A stretch of DNA of 64,000 bases from Candidatus Stahliibacteriota bacterium (lineage in GTDB: Bacteria > Hydrothermota > Tepidihabitantia > B3-TA06), in NCBI GenBank assembly GCA_004375895.1, contig SOJW01000011.1:637-64636 (forward strand). The letters are read 5' to 3'. A model generated the notes under the pieces. The model was not told where the DNA came from, did not search any database, and saw nothing but the letters and a program-made list of their open reading frames with translations. A program made the translations under genes and the position numbers. Shown here in pieces: positions 43,884-50,799 of this stretch. Every line of letters begins with the position of its first letter. The first letter of the stretch is position 1.

Positions 43884-44153
43884 TTACGGAATCGGGCAGC
43901 CTCGGATGAGCGCTCGCTTTTGTTCGGGGGAGAGTTTTTTGATCTCCGCCTCGCGCTTGGCAGCGCTTGATCGGCTCTGATGCCGTTCGAAGAATCTTAA
44001 AAGACAAGGACGCCTGCTGCGGGTAAATCGAGAGCCCTTGCCTTGATTGTGCTCGGCAAGTCGCTTGGAGACGTCTTTTGTTATCCCTGTGTAAAGCGAG
44101 CCGTCGGCGCACTGCACGATGTAAACGTACCAGGATTCGGTAGGATTAATCAC
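43884..44153 (-). CDS. Small GIY-YIG nuclease-domain protein (UPF0213-like)
   Basis: WYVYIVQCADGSLYTGITKDVSKRLAEHN... covers only the last ~89 codons of the 147-codon ORF. GTG 44153 is proposed as the start, with no clear SD. Confidence 0.6.
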   Translation of the reverse strand: MINPTESWYVYIVQCADGSLYTGITKDVSKRLAEHNQGKGSRFTRSRRPCLLRFFERHQSRSSAAKREAEIKKLSPEQKRALIRGCPIP

Positions 44154-44339
44154 GACCTGATCGATCGAGGACGTCTGCTTTCCATTCCTGCTCGAGCGCG
44201 TAGGGCGTAAGTAGAATTCACAACCCAGCCCTCCTAGTAGGCGTTGCTCACCAACGTATCGGCAAGCGAGGCAAACTCCGCCCGCAGGGAGTCTGTGGTT
44301 GAGATCACGGAGATCAAAATCAGACAAACCATTGCCTTG

Positions 44340-44367
44340 ACTTTAGGATAAAGAGTGCCCATGTCAA
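44340..44367 (-). promoter_or_regulatory. Candidate promoter upstream of the GIY-YIG gene
   Basis: On the minus strand: TTGACA, 16 nt, TAAAGT. An ATG lies 7 nt downstream (44332) and opens a 32-codon ORF. Confidence 0.35.
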
Positions 44368-44395
44368 CCCTGACGGAATAGCAGGGGTTAAAAAC

Positions 44396-44430
44396 TTGAC
44401 TTCGGGCACAAAGGGATTATCTTAGGATTC
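44396..44430 (+). promoter_or_regulatory. Promoter abutting the adh ATG (leaderless layout)
   Basis: TTGACT (44396-401), 16 nt, TATCTT (44418-23), 7 nt, ATG at 44431. Confidence 0.45.
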
Positions 44431-45426
44431 ATGAAAGCGATGCAACTTTCTAAGCCAGCTCCGATTGAGTCCGAGCCTTTGAAGCTTGTGGATCTGGGGA
44501 TGCCGGAACACGGTGAAGGCCAGGTGCGGGTCAGGGTCTCGGTCTGCGGGGTCTGTCACACCGACCTGCACACGGTGGAAGGCGATCTTGCGCTGCCCCG
44601 GCTGCCGATCGTTCCAGGCCACGAGATAATCGGCAGGATAGATAAGGTAGGTGAAGGGGTATCTAGAGAACGCTTAGGCGAGCGCGTTGGCGTACCCTGG
44701 CTGTATTCGACCTGCGGTGAGTGCTCCTTCTGCAGGGAAGGAAGGGAGAATCTCTGCCCGAACGCCAGGTTTACAGGATACCACGAGAACGGCGGATACG
44801 CGGAGTACGTGGTGGTTCCCGAAGACTCAGCCTATCTGCTGCCCGAAGGTATCAAAGACGCCGAGGCCGCGCCGCTGATGTGCGGCGGGGTGATCGGCTA
44901 CAGGGCGCTGGTTCTATCCCAGGCCAAACCGGGGCAGATACTGGGCCTTTACGGATTCGGCAACTCGGCTCACGTCACCATACAAGTGGCTAGATACCTG
45001 GGGAAACGGGTGTTCGTTTTCTCAAGGACCCCGGCTAATCGTGAACTTGCAGAAAGCCTTGGCGCGGAGTGGACAGGAACCGCAGAGGAGAAACCGACTG
45101 AGCTGATTCACGCAGGCATAATCTTCGCCCCTTCCGGCCCTCTTGTCCCCATAGCGTTGAAGCATCTGAGACCTCGCGGAACCCTTGCCCTTGCCGGGAT
45201 TACCATGACCGACATCCCCAGCTTCCCGTATGAGTTAATCTACTGGGAACGAACACTGCGCTCGGTAGCCAACAGCACGCACGAGGACGTTCGCCAGCTC
45301 CTTGAGTACGCTGGCAAGATACCGATCAAAACTGAGGTTACGGAGTTTCCGTTAGAGGACGCGAACAAGGTGTTACGGGCGATGAAAGAGAGTAAAATCC
45401 AAGGTGGAGCGATCCTAAAGCCATGA
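44431..45426 (+). CDS. adh: Zinc-dependent alcohol dehydrogenase (MDR family)
   Basis: CGVCHTDLH and GHEIIGRI. Structural-zinc Cys cluster CGECSFC...C. GxGxxA-like GLYGFGNSA. Confidence 0.9.
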   Translation: MKAMQLSKPAPIESEPLKLVDLGMPEHGEGQVRVRVSVCGVCHTDLHTVEGDLALPRLPIVPGHEIIGRIDKVGEGVSRERLGERVGVPWLYSTCGECSFCREGRENLCPNARFTGYHENGGYAEYVVVPEDSAYLLPEGIKDAEAAPLMCGGVIGYRALVLSQAKPGQILGLYGFGNSAHVTIQVARYLGKRVFVFSRTPANRELAESLGAEWTGTAEEKPTELIHAGIIFAPSGPLVPIALKHLRPRGTLALAGITMTDIPSFPYELIYWERTLRSVANSTHEDVRQLLEYAGKIPIKTEVTEFPLEDANKVLRAMKESKIQGGAILKP

Positions 45427-45460
45427 ACTCTTCCTGTTATCAGAAGGGACAAAGATGGGT

Positions 45461-45511
45461 GTGTTACGGGTGATGAAGGAAAGCCGGATTCAGGGTGGAG
45501 CAGTACTTCGA
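45461..45511 (+). pseudogene. Relic of an alternative adh 3' end (17 codons) running into an R1 element
   Basis: VLRVMKESRIQGGAVLR compared with the gene's VLRAMKESKIQGGAILK. I count 35/51 nt identical, with differences mostly at third codon positions. Confidence 0.6.
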
Positions 45512-45542
45512 TGCTCCTTTTGCGCTCCGCGCAAAAGATCGC
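45511..45542 (+). repeat. R1 element copy
   Basis: ATGCTCCTTTTG-CGCTCCGCG-CAAAAGATCGC. Confidence 0.7.
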
Positions 45543-45624
45543 AAAATTGAGGCTGTAGTTTTGTGAAGAGATCTGGCAGATTTAAGACAATAGAGGTTGA
45601 CATTAACTTCTACAAGGAGAGGAT

Positions 45625-46044
45625 ATGTTTAAGAAGATATTGATAGCCACCGACGGTTCGGAAAACTCACTACGTGCGGCTGAGGTGGGAAGGGACATAG
45701 CTGCGTGCATGAACGCAGAGGTGACGTTAGTCTATGCAGCCTACGTTCCGGCAATGTATTCCGCTGACCTGGGGTCGGAGATAAGGGAGGCGCTGCGAGA
45801 GGAGGGTCGGCGCATACTTGCGACTACTGCCAGATTGTTCGAGGGTTCAGGGATAGAACCTCTCCGCGAGCTTCTCTTCGACGAGAAGGCTGAAGACGGA
45901 ATACTACGTCTGCTTAAAGAAAGAGATTATGATCTGGTAATCCTCGGTTCCCGTGGGCTTGATGCCCAAAAGCGCAAGGCTCTGGGCAGTACCTCTATGC
46001 GTGTGATCGAGTCGGCGGTCTGCCCGGTTTTGATTGTACATTAA
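45625..46044 (+). CDS. Universal stress protein (UspA family)
   Basis: KKILIATDGSENS...LVILGSRG...GSTS..V pattern. SD is AAGGAGAGG. Confidence 0.85.
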   Translation: MFKKILIATDGSENSLRAAEVGRDIAACMNAEVTLVYAAYVPAMYSADLGSEIREALREEGRRILATTARLFEGSGIEPLRELLFDEKAEDGILRLLKERDYDLVILGSRGLDAQKRKALGSTSMRVIESAVCPVLIVH

Positions 46045-46099
46045 CACACCTTGAAAAAGTTATCTCCCCTCCCTCGATGGGAGGGGGTAGGGGGAGGGT

Positions 46100-46145
46100 G
46101 GCAATTTCATATGTGGCACAATCTTGGGACTTACCTCTAGGTGTC
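46100..46145 (+). repeat. Left inverted repeat bracketing the Lon-like gene
   Basis: GGCAATTTCATATGTGGCACAATC plus TTGGGACTTACCTCTAGGTGTC. The core matches the reverse complement of 48973-48996 at 23/24. Confidence 0.7.
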
Positions 46146-46185
46146 AGTCACCCACCTATCCGAATTGAGGGTAATCTGAAGTCGC

Positions 46186-46223
46186 ATATATTATCAAACG
46201 GCCTGGAGAGACCGTTCTACATT
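46186..46223 (-). repeat. R5 element copy
   Basis: The reverse complement reads AATGTAGAACGGTCTCTCCAGGCCGTTTGATAATATAT. It has 3 mismatches to 59413-59449. Confidence 0.6.
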
Positions 46224-46231
46224 CTTTTTCT

Positions 46232-46264
46232 GCGATCTTTTGGACGTAATCCAAAAGGAGCATT
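46232..46264 (-). repeat. R1 element copy, the only one not 3' of a co-oriented gene
   Basis: The reverse complement reads AATGCTCCTTTTG-GATTACGTC-CAAAAGATCGC. Confidence 0.7.
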
Positions 46265-46271
46265 GAACTGT

Positions 46272-46305
46272 TTGACATTCCACAAACCGCTGCTATACTG
46301 AGGGC
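46272..46305 (+). promoter_or_regulatory. Consensus promoter abutting the Lon-like ATG (leaderless layout)
   Basis: TTGACA (46272-77), 16 nt, TATACT (46294-99), 6 nt, ATG at 46306. Confidence 0.5.
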
Positions 46306-48687
46306 ATGAACGCGAAGAAAGCCGAGCCCCAAAAAGAGAAAAACCACTTGAGGGCGCAAAAGCGCGTATCCGCAGAGCGGCTGCGGGCAAGGATGGAGGC
46401 GGAGAAGTTTTCCTTTGAAACGACAGACGAGATCGAACCCTTGCACGGCACGATAGGCCAGCAACGCGGGGTGCGCGCCATAAGATTTGCACTGGCCCAC
46501 GGCACCCCTGGCTTCAACTGCTACGTATCGGGCCCGCTCGGCACAGGCCGCATGACAACAACCATGTCCCTGGTGCGCCGCCGTGCAAGCGAAGAAAAAA
46601 AACCGCTTGACTGGGCTTATGTCTACAACTTCGAGAAACCGTCAGAACCGCTCTCCATAGGCTTAAAGAACGGCACGGCGCGTAACTTCGCCTCCTCGAT
46701 GGACTCCTTCATCAAGGCCTGTCGAGAGCAGATCCCCAAGGTATTCGAAAGCGAGGAGTATACCGAGGAACGCGTAAAGGTAACCGCTTCGTTCGAGCAA
46801 CGCAAGGAGGCCGAGTTCAAGAAGCTCTCCGAGGAGGCGCAGAAACGCGGATTCGTTATAAAAAGAGGCCCCACAGGCCTCTTCCCAATCCCGGTTCGCG
46901 AAGGTAAGCCACTGGAGCAGGAGGAGTTCCAGGCACTGCCCGATGGAGAAAAGGAAAAAATCCAGAAGAAAGGCAAGGAGCTTACCAAGGTCATGGAGAC
47001 CATTCTCGGGGAGGTACGCAGGATAGAAACACAACAGATCGAGGCTCTTACCGAATACGACCGCAAGGTGGCCTACTACACGCTGGGGCTGCTTCTTGAT
47101 CCCCTCATCGAGAAGCACAAGGACGAAGCCAGGATAAACCGCTACTTCAACTGGGTCAAGCGCGATGTGGTGCGCCACATAGACCTCTTTAAGAAGACCG
47201 GGGATCAAGAGACAATCGTCCATCTTCGTGCGCTTCTTGAGCGGTATCGGGTAAACGTCTTCGTGGACAACTCCAATCTCAGCGGCTCCCCGGTGATCTT
47301 CGAGGACAACCCATCCTACTACAACCTCTTCGGTGCGATTGAGTACCGCAACGTCTCGGGGAACATGGTCACCGACTTCTCCAAGATCAAACCGGGCGCG
47401 GTGCACCGCGCCAACGGCGGATACCTGATCCTGCCCGCGCGGGAGCTCCTCTCAGAACCATTTGCATGGGATGCGCTCAAGCGCACCCTACGTTCCAACG
47501 AGGCCAAGGTCGAAAACATCTCAGAAAAGGTCAGAGGTGCGATCATCGAGACCCTGCGTCCCACACCTATCCCGGTCGACTTCAAGGTGATACTTATAGG
47601 TTCTGCAAGGATATATGGACTGCTTCACGAGCTTGACGAGGATTTCCGGCGGCTGTTTAAGATCAGGGCGGACTTCGACGTGGATATGCCGCGCACACCT
47701 CAGAACGAGCTTGCCTACGCCCGTTTCATCTCGGCGCGGTGCAAATACGACGGCTTGCGTCCCTTGACCAAACAGGCGGTGGCCCGAATTATCGAACACG
47801 GCTCCCGTCTTGCAGAGGATCAGCAACGACTCTCCACCCGCTTCTCGCAGATAGCCGAACTTACCAGCGAAGCAAGCTTCTGGGCAATGGACGCCAACTC
47901 ACCGGTGGTACGCGCAGAACACGTGGCAAAGGCGCTTGAGGAAAAGGTCTACCGCAGCCGCATGATTGAAGAAAAGATTCAAGACCTCATGCTGCGCGGT
48001 ACCCTCTTAATTGACGTGGAGGGTGAAAAGGTAGGGCAAATTAACGGACTCACCGTCCTCTCCCTGGGCGACTACTCGTTCGGCAAGCCGGTAAAGATCA
48101 CCGCGCGCACCTGGCTCGGTCGCAAGGGCGTCATGCAGATCGAGCGCGAGACCCGGATGAGCGGCCCTATCCATAACAAAGGTGTTTTGATTATCACGGG
48201 CTTTTTGGGCGCCAAGTTCGCCGCCAAGCACCCGCTGCCGCTCTCGGCAAGCCTGACCTTCGAGCAGCTCTACGACGAGGTGGAAGGCGACAGCGCATCG
48301 AGTGCCGAGCTTTATGCGCTCCTTTCAAGCTTGGCCCAGGTGCCCCTGACCCAGTCTGTGGCCGTAACCGGGTCGGTGAACCAGTTCGGCATAGTGCAGC
48401 CCATAGGCGGGGCCAACCAGAAGATCGAGGGGTTCTTCCACTTATGCAAAGCCAAGGGGCTCTCAGGCGAGCAGGGGGTGATGATTCCTGCATCGAACCT
48501 TCCAAACCTCATGCTGCGTGCAGATGTGCGCGACGCGGTAAGCGAAGGTAAGTTCCACATCTACGCGGTATCCACTGTTGAGGAGGGGATCGAGATACTC
48601 TCCGGCCAGCCGGCCTCCAAGATCTTCGCAAAGGTGCAAAAACGCCTGACCCAGATGTTCGAGGTGCTTAAAGAAACAAAAGAGTAA
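46306..48687 (+). CDS. Lon-like AAA+ protease (COG1067 / YcbZ-LonC type) with a helical insertion in the ATPase domain
   Basis: Walker A-like GPLGTGR. Long charged insertion. C-terminal Lon S16 protease domain with GDSASSAE. Confidence 0.8.
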   Translation: MNAKKAEPQKEKNHLRAQKRVSAERLRARMEAEKFSFETTDEIEPLHGTIGQQRGVRAIRFALAHGTPGFNCYVSGPLGTGRMTTTMSLVRRRASEEKKPLDWAYVYNFEKPSEPLSIGLKNGTARNFASSMDSFIKACREQIPKVFESEEYTEERVKVTASFEQRKEAEFKKLSEEAQKRGFVIKRGPTGLFPIPVREGKPLEQEEFQALPDGEKEKIQKKGKELTKVMETILGEVRRIETQQIEALTEYDRKVAYYTLGLLLDPLIEKHKDEARINRYFNWVKRDVVRHIDLFKKTGDQETIVHLRALLERYRVNVFVDNSNLSGSPVIFEDNPSYYNLFGAIEYRNVSGNMVTDFSKIKPGAVHRANGGYLILPARELLSEPFAWDALKRTLRSNEAKVENISEKVRGAIIETLRPTPIPVDFKVILIGSARIYGLLHELDEDFRRLFKIRADFDVDMPRTPQNELAYARFISARCKYDGLRPLTKQAVARIIEHGSRLAEDQQRLSTRFSQIAELTSEASFWAMDANSPVVRAEHVAKALEEKVYRSRMIEEKIQDLMLRGTLLIDVEGEKVGQINGLTVLSLGDYSFGKPVKITARTWLGRKGVMQIERETRMSGPIHNKGVLIITGFLGAKFAAKHPLPLSASLTFEQLYDEVEGDSASSAELYALLSSLAQVPLTQSVAVTGSVNQFGIVQPIGGANQKIEGFFHLCKAKGLSGEQGVMIPASNLPNLMLRADVRDAVSEGKFHIYAVSTVEEGIEILSGQPASKIFAKVQKRLTQMFEVLKETKE

Positions 48688-48767
48688 CCCGGGGCTAAAG
48701 GTATCATAGCTACCAGGCAAGCCGCAAGACCGTCCTGTTGCGATAGTTAAACTACTCAAAAAGAGAT

Positions 48768-48791
48768 GGGCGCGCAAGCGCCCCTTATTTT
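48768..48791 (+). terminator. Intrinsic terminator after the Lon-like gene
   Basis: GGGCGC-GCAA-GCGCCC followed by CTTATTTTC. Confidence 0.65.
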
Positions 48792-48792
48792 C

Positions 48793-48832
48793 ACCCCAAC
48801 CGAATACTTCGTATTCGGCCGGGGACCCCGAG
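48793..48832 (+). repeat. R2 element copy
   Basis: ACCCCAA-CCGAATA-CTTCG-TATTCGG-CCGGGGACCCCGAG. Confidence 0.65.
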
Positions 48833-48950
48833 ACTATCAAGGAAACGTGTCATCGCGAGTAACCGAAGGGAACGTGGCGATCTAATATATCTGACGCGTG
48901 TTGATGTGAAGCGACCGTTGGCCGCCCTCAAGGTGGATAGGCGGGTGAGA

Positions 48951-48996
48951 AACATCTAGAGATGAATCCTCGGATTGTGCCACATATGAGATTGCC
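48951..48996 (-). repeat. Right inverted repeat bracketing the Lon-like gene
   Basis: The reverse complement reads GGCAATCTCATATGTGGCACAATC plus CGAGGATTCATCTCTAGATGTT. Confidence 0.7.
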
Positions 48997-49089
48997 CCAT
49001 CTCCGTCGCCCTTCGGAGCTTCATCCGGCCTCTCACAAGCTCAACCGTCCTCGCAATGACAAACAAGGAAGTACCTAGTGTTACTAGTT

Positions 49090-49371
49090 TATTACTGACG
49101 GTTAAATCAGAAGAGCTAAACCTGTAGAAGTAAAGTCCGGAGGGGATTTCGTCCGTAGACCATAAAATCTCCCGTGCTCCTGGATTAACCGAACGCCTGT
49201 AAACCTCTCGGCCCGAGGCATCGTAGATTGCAAGCTGGCCGTGGATAAGTTCTTCTCCATCACGTTGCCGAACGGGTCTCGGAACGCCGCGTATATACCT
49301 GCCGGGCAGGGCTGCGGCTCTTCGTGGACAAACTCCACCCCCTTGGCCTTAAGCCCGGCCATGAAGACCAA
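49090..49371 (-). pseudogene. Mosaic relic: a VOC-family C-terminal fragment joined out of frame to a T9SS C-terminal-domain fragment
   Basis: LKAKGVEFVHEEPQPCPAGIYAAFRDPFGNV is a paralog of the end of 49764-50153. A different frame then reads LAIYDASGREVYRRSVNPGAREILWSTDEIPSGLYFYRFSSSDLTVSNKLVTL. Confidence 0.55.
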
Positions 49372-49398
49372 CTATTACAACCCGTCATCTTCAGGACC

Positions 49399-49767
49399 TC
49401 ACTCCACCTCCTCATCGGGAGCGGTGTTGAAGTAGATACGGTTGCCGTCCGGATCGCGGATCTCGGCTCCATCCGAACCGTCTTCCTCCTTGTGTGCATC
49501 GACCTGCATGGTAAGGCCGCGGGATTTCAAAGTCTCGGCAATGGCAAATACGTCGCCGCCCCGGAAGTTAAGGAGGTTGGTTGATATGTGTCCCTGATAT
49601 AATCCCAATATACAGTTGCCGTGCTCAATTACCGCCCAGCCCTGCTCTGTGTCACCGTCAATCACATCAAACCCCAACCTTTTGTAGAACTCAAGGGACG
49701 CCTTGATGTCTTTCACGTTCAGGCAGAACTCAAACCTGCCGAGGATAAGGTTTTCTTCGTTACTCAT
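49399..49767 (-). CDS. VOC (glyoxalase/bleomycin-resistance) family protein
   Basis: 122 aa with a paired beta-alpha-beta-beta-beta pattern (FCLNVKDIKASLEFYKRLGF...IRDPDGNRIYF). Confidence 0.8.
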   Translation of the reverse strand: MSNEENLILGRFEFCLNVKDIKASLEFYKRLGFDVIDGDTEQGWAVIEHGNCILGLYQGHISTNLLNFRGGDVFAIAETLKSRGLTMQVDAHKEEDGSDGAEIRDPDGNRIYFNTAPDEEVE

Positions 49768-50153
49768 GAGGTTCCTTGGTCGTCTACACTGCCTCCGAAT
49801 TCGAGCAGTTCGTGCACGTTGCCGGATGGGTCACGGATGGCGGCGTAGATGCCGGCAGGGCAGGGCTGCGGTTTATCGTGGATGAACTCCACGCCCTTGG
49901 CCTTCAGATCGGCCATTACCTTGCGCAGATCGTCTACCTGGATGTTGACAAGCGTCTGGGCAACGTTGGGATAGTCGATTTTGAAGGGTTTATCCACTTT
50001 GTAGAGGAGAACCGACGGGCCTTCATGGTCCAAAAGGACGATGTCAGGGTAGTACTCCTTACCCTTGATACTAAACCCCAGCTTCGAGCAGTAGAAATCG
50101 ATAGCCGCATCCATGTCGGACACGTTGAACTGGATAACGCAGATTTTTGGCAT
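49764..50153 (-). CDS. VOC family protein
   Basis: Start moved to ATG 50153 after AAGGAG. FNVSDMDAAIDFY...IRDPSGNVHEL. Confidence 0.8.
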   Translation of the reverse strand: MPKICVIQFNVSDMDAAIDFYCSKLGFSIKGKEYYPDIVLLDHEGPSVLLYKVDKPFKIDYPNVAQTLVNIQVDDLRKVMADLKAKGVEFIHDKPQPCPAGIYAAIRDPSGNVHELLEFGGSVDDQGTS

Positions 50154-50164
50154 CGTTTCTCCTT

Positions 50165-50782
50165 TCAGGTGCGAGGCACCATCTCGATGCAGTCTTCCGG
50201 GCACACGTCAAGGCACAGCCCGCACCCGTAACACCCGTACCCCTTCGGGGCATTTCTATAATTGGTTGAACCGTCTTTAAGGAAATAACACCCCTCCTGA
50301 TTAATTACTAGTTTCCCATCGATCATCTTACGCGCCTTGAAGTAGCATACCTCCACACAGTCGCCGCACTGGGTGCATGCCTCCATGTCGGTTTCCTCGA
50401 TGTATTTTCCCGGGTCGCATCCCCACTCGTCGCTCTTGAAATACCCGCAGCAGTCGTCGCAGCAAAAGCAGATGCCCTGGTCACGGGTGCGGTCTTTATC
50501 GTATCGGAATGGGCGGGTAACCAGGTGCTTTTCTGCCGCTTCTTTGAGAATACCCTCGACAAATTCGCGGTTGACTTCCTTGAAATCAGAACCGGTGCCC
50601 TGCATCTCAACCGTATCGAAGAACAGGCAGAGGTCCATCCGGGAGCGCTTGCAGCCCGGCCCGCCCTCCCGGCATCCGCAGTTGGACACCCAGTATTTAT
50701 CATGCTCTTCGATTATCTTTCTTGCTTCCTCCCTTGTCGAAATATAATGGAAGGAAGGTTCTTGTTCATCGGTCTTATGCAT
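50165..50782 (-). CDS. Cys-rich protein with a C-terminal 2x[4Fe-4S] ferredoxin-like domain
   Basis: CTQCGDCVEVC and CYGCGLCLDVCP. Extra N-terminal Cys clusters (NCGC, CFCCDDCCGY). Confidence 0.6.
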   Translation of the reverse strand: MHKTDEQEPSFHYISTREEARKIIEEHDKYWVSNCGCREGGPGCKRSRMDLCLFFDTVEMQGTGSDFKEVNREFVEGILKEAAEKHLVTRPFRYDKDRTRDQGICFCCDDCCGYFKSDEWGCDPGKYIEETDMEACTQCGDCVEVCYFKARKMIDGKLVINQEGCYFLKDGSTNYRNAPKGYGCYGCGLCLDVCPEDCIEMVPRT

Positions 50783-50799
50783 AATTCCTCCTGATCAAT

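Noticed and set aside
43884-44327. Full 147-aa ORF as the GIY-YIG protein
   Set aside because: Only the last ~89 codons resemble the GIY-YIG family. The N-terminal 58 codons are Arg/Gly-rich, start at a TTG with no SD, and overlap a predicted promoter and 5' region.
39413-45600. Classical tRNA-integrated genomic island with att repeats
   Set aside because: I found no integrase and no direct repeat of the tRNA-Leu 3' end downstream. Only indirect hints remain (secreted-protein block, adh relic), and these are reported separately at low confidence.
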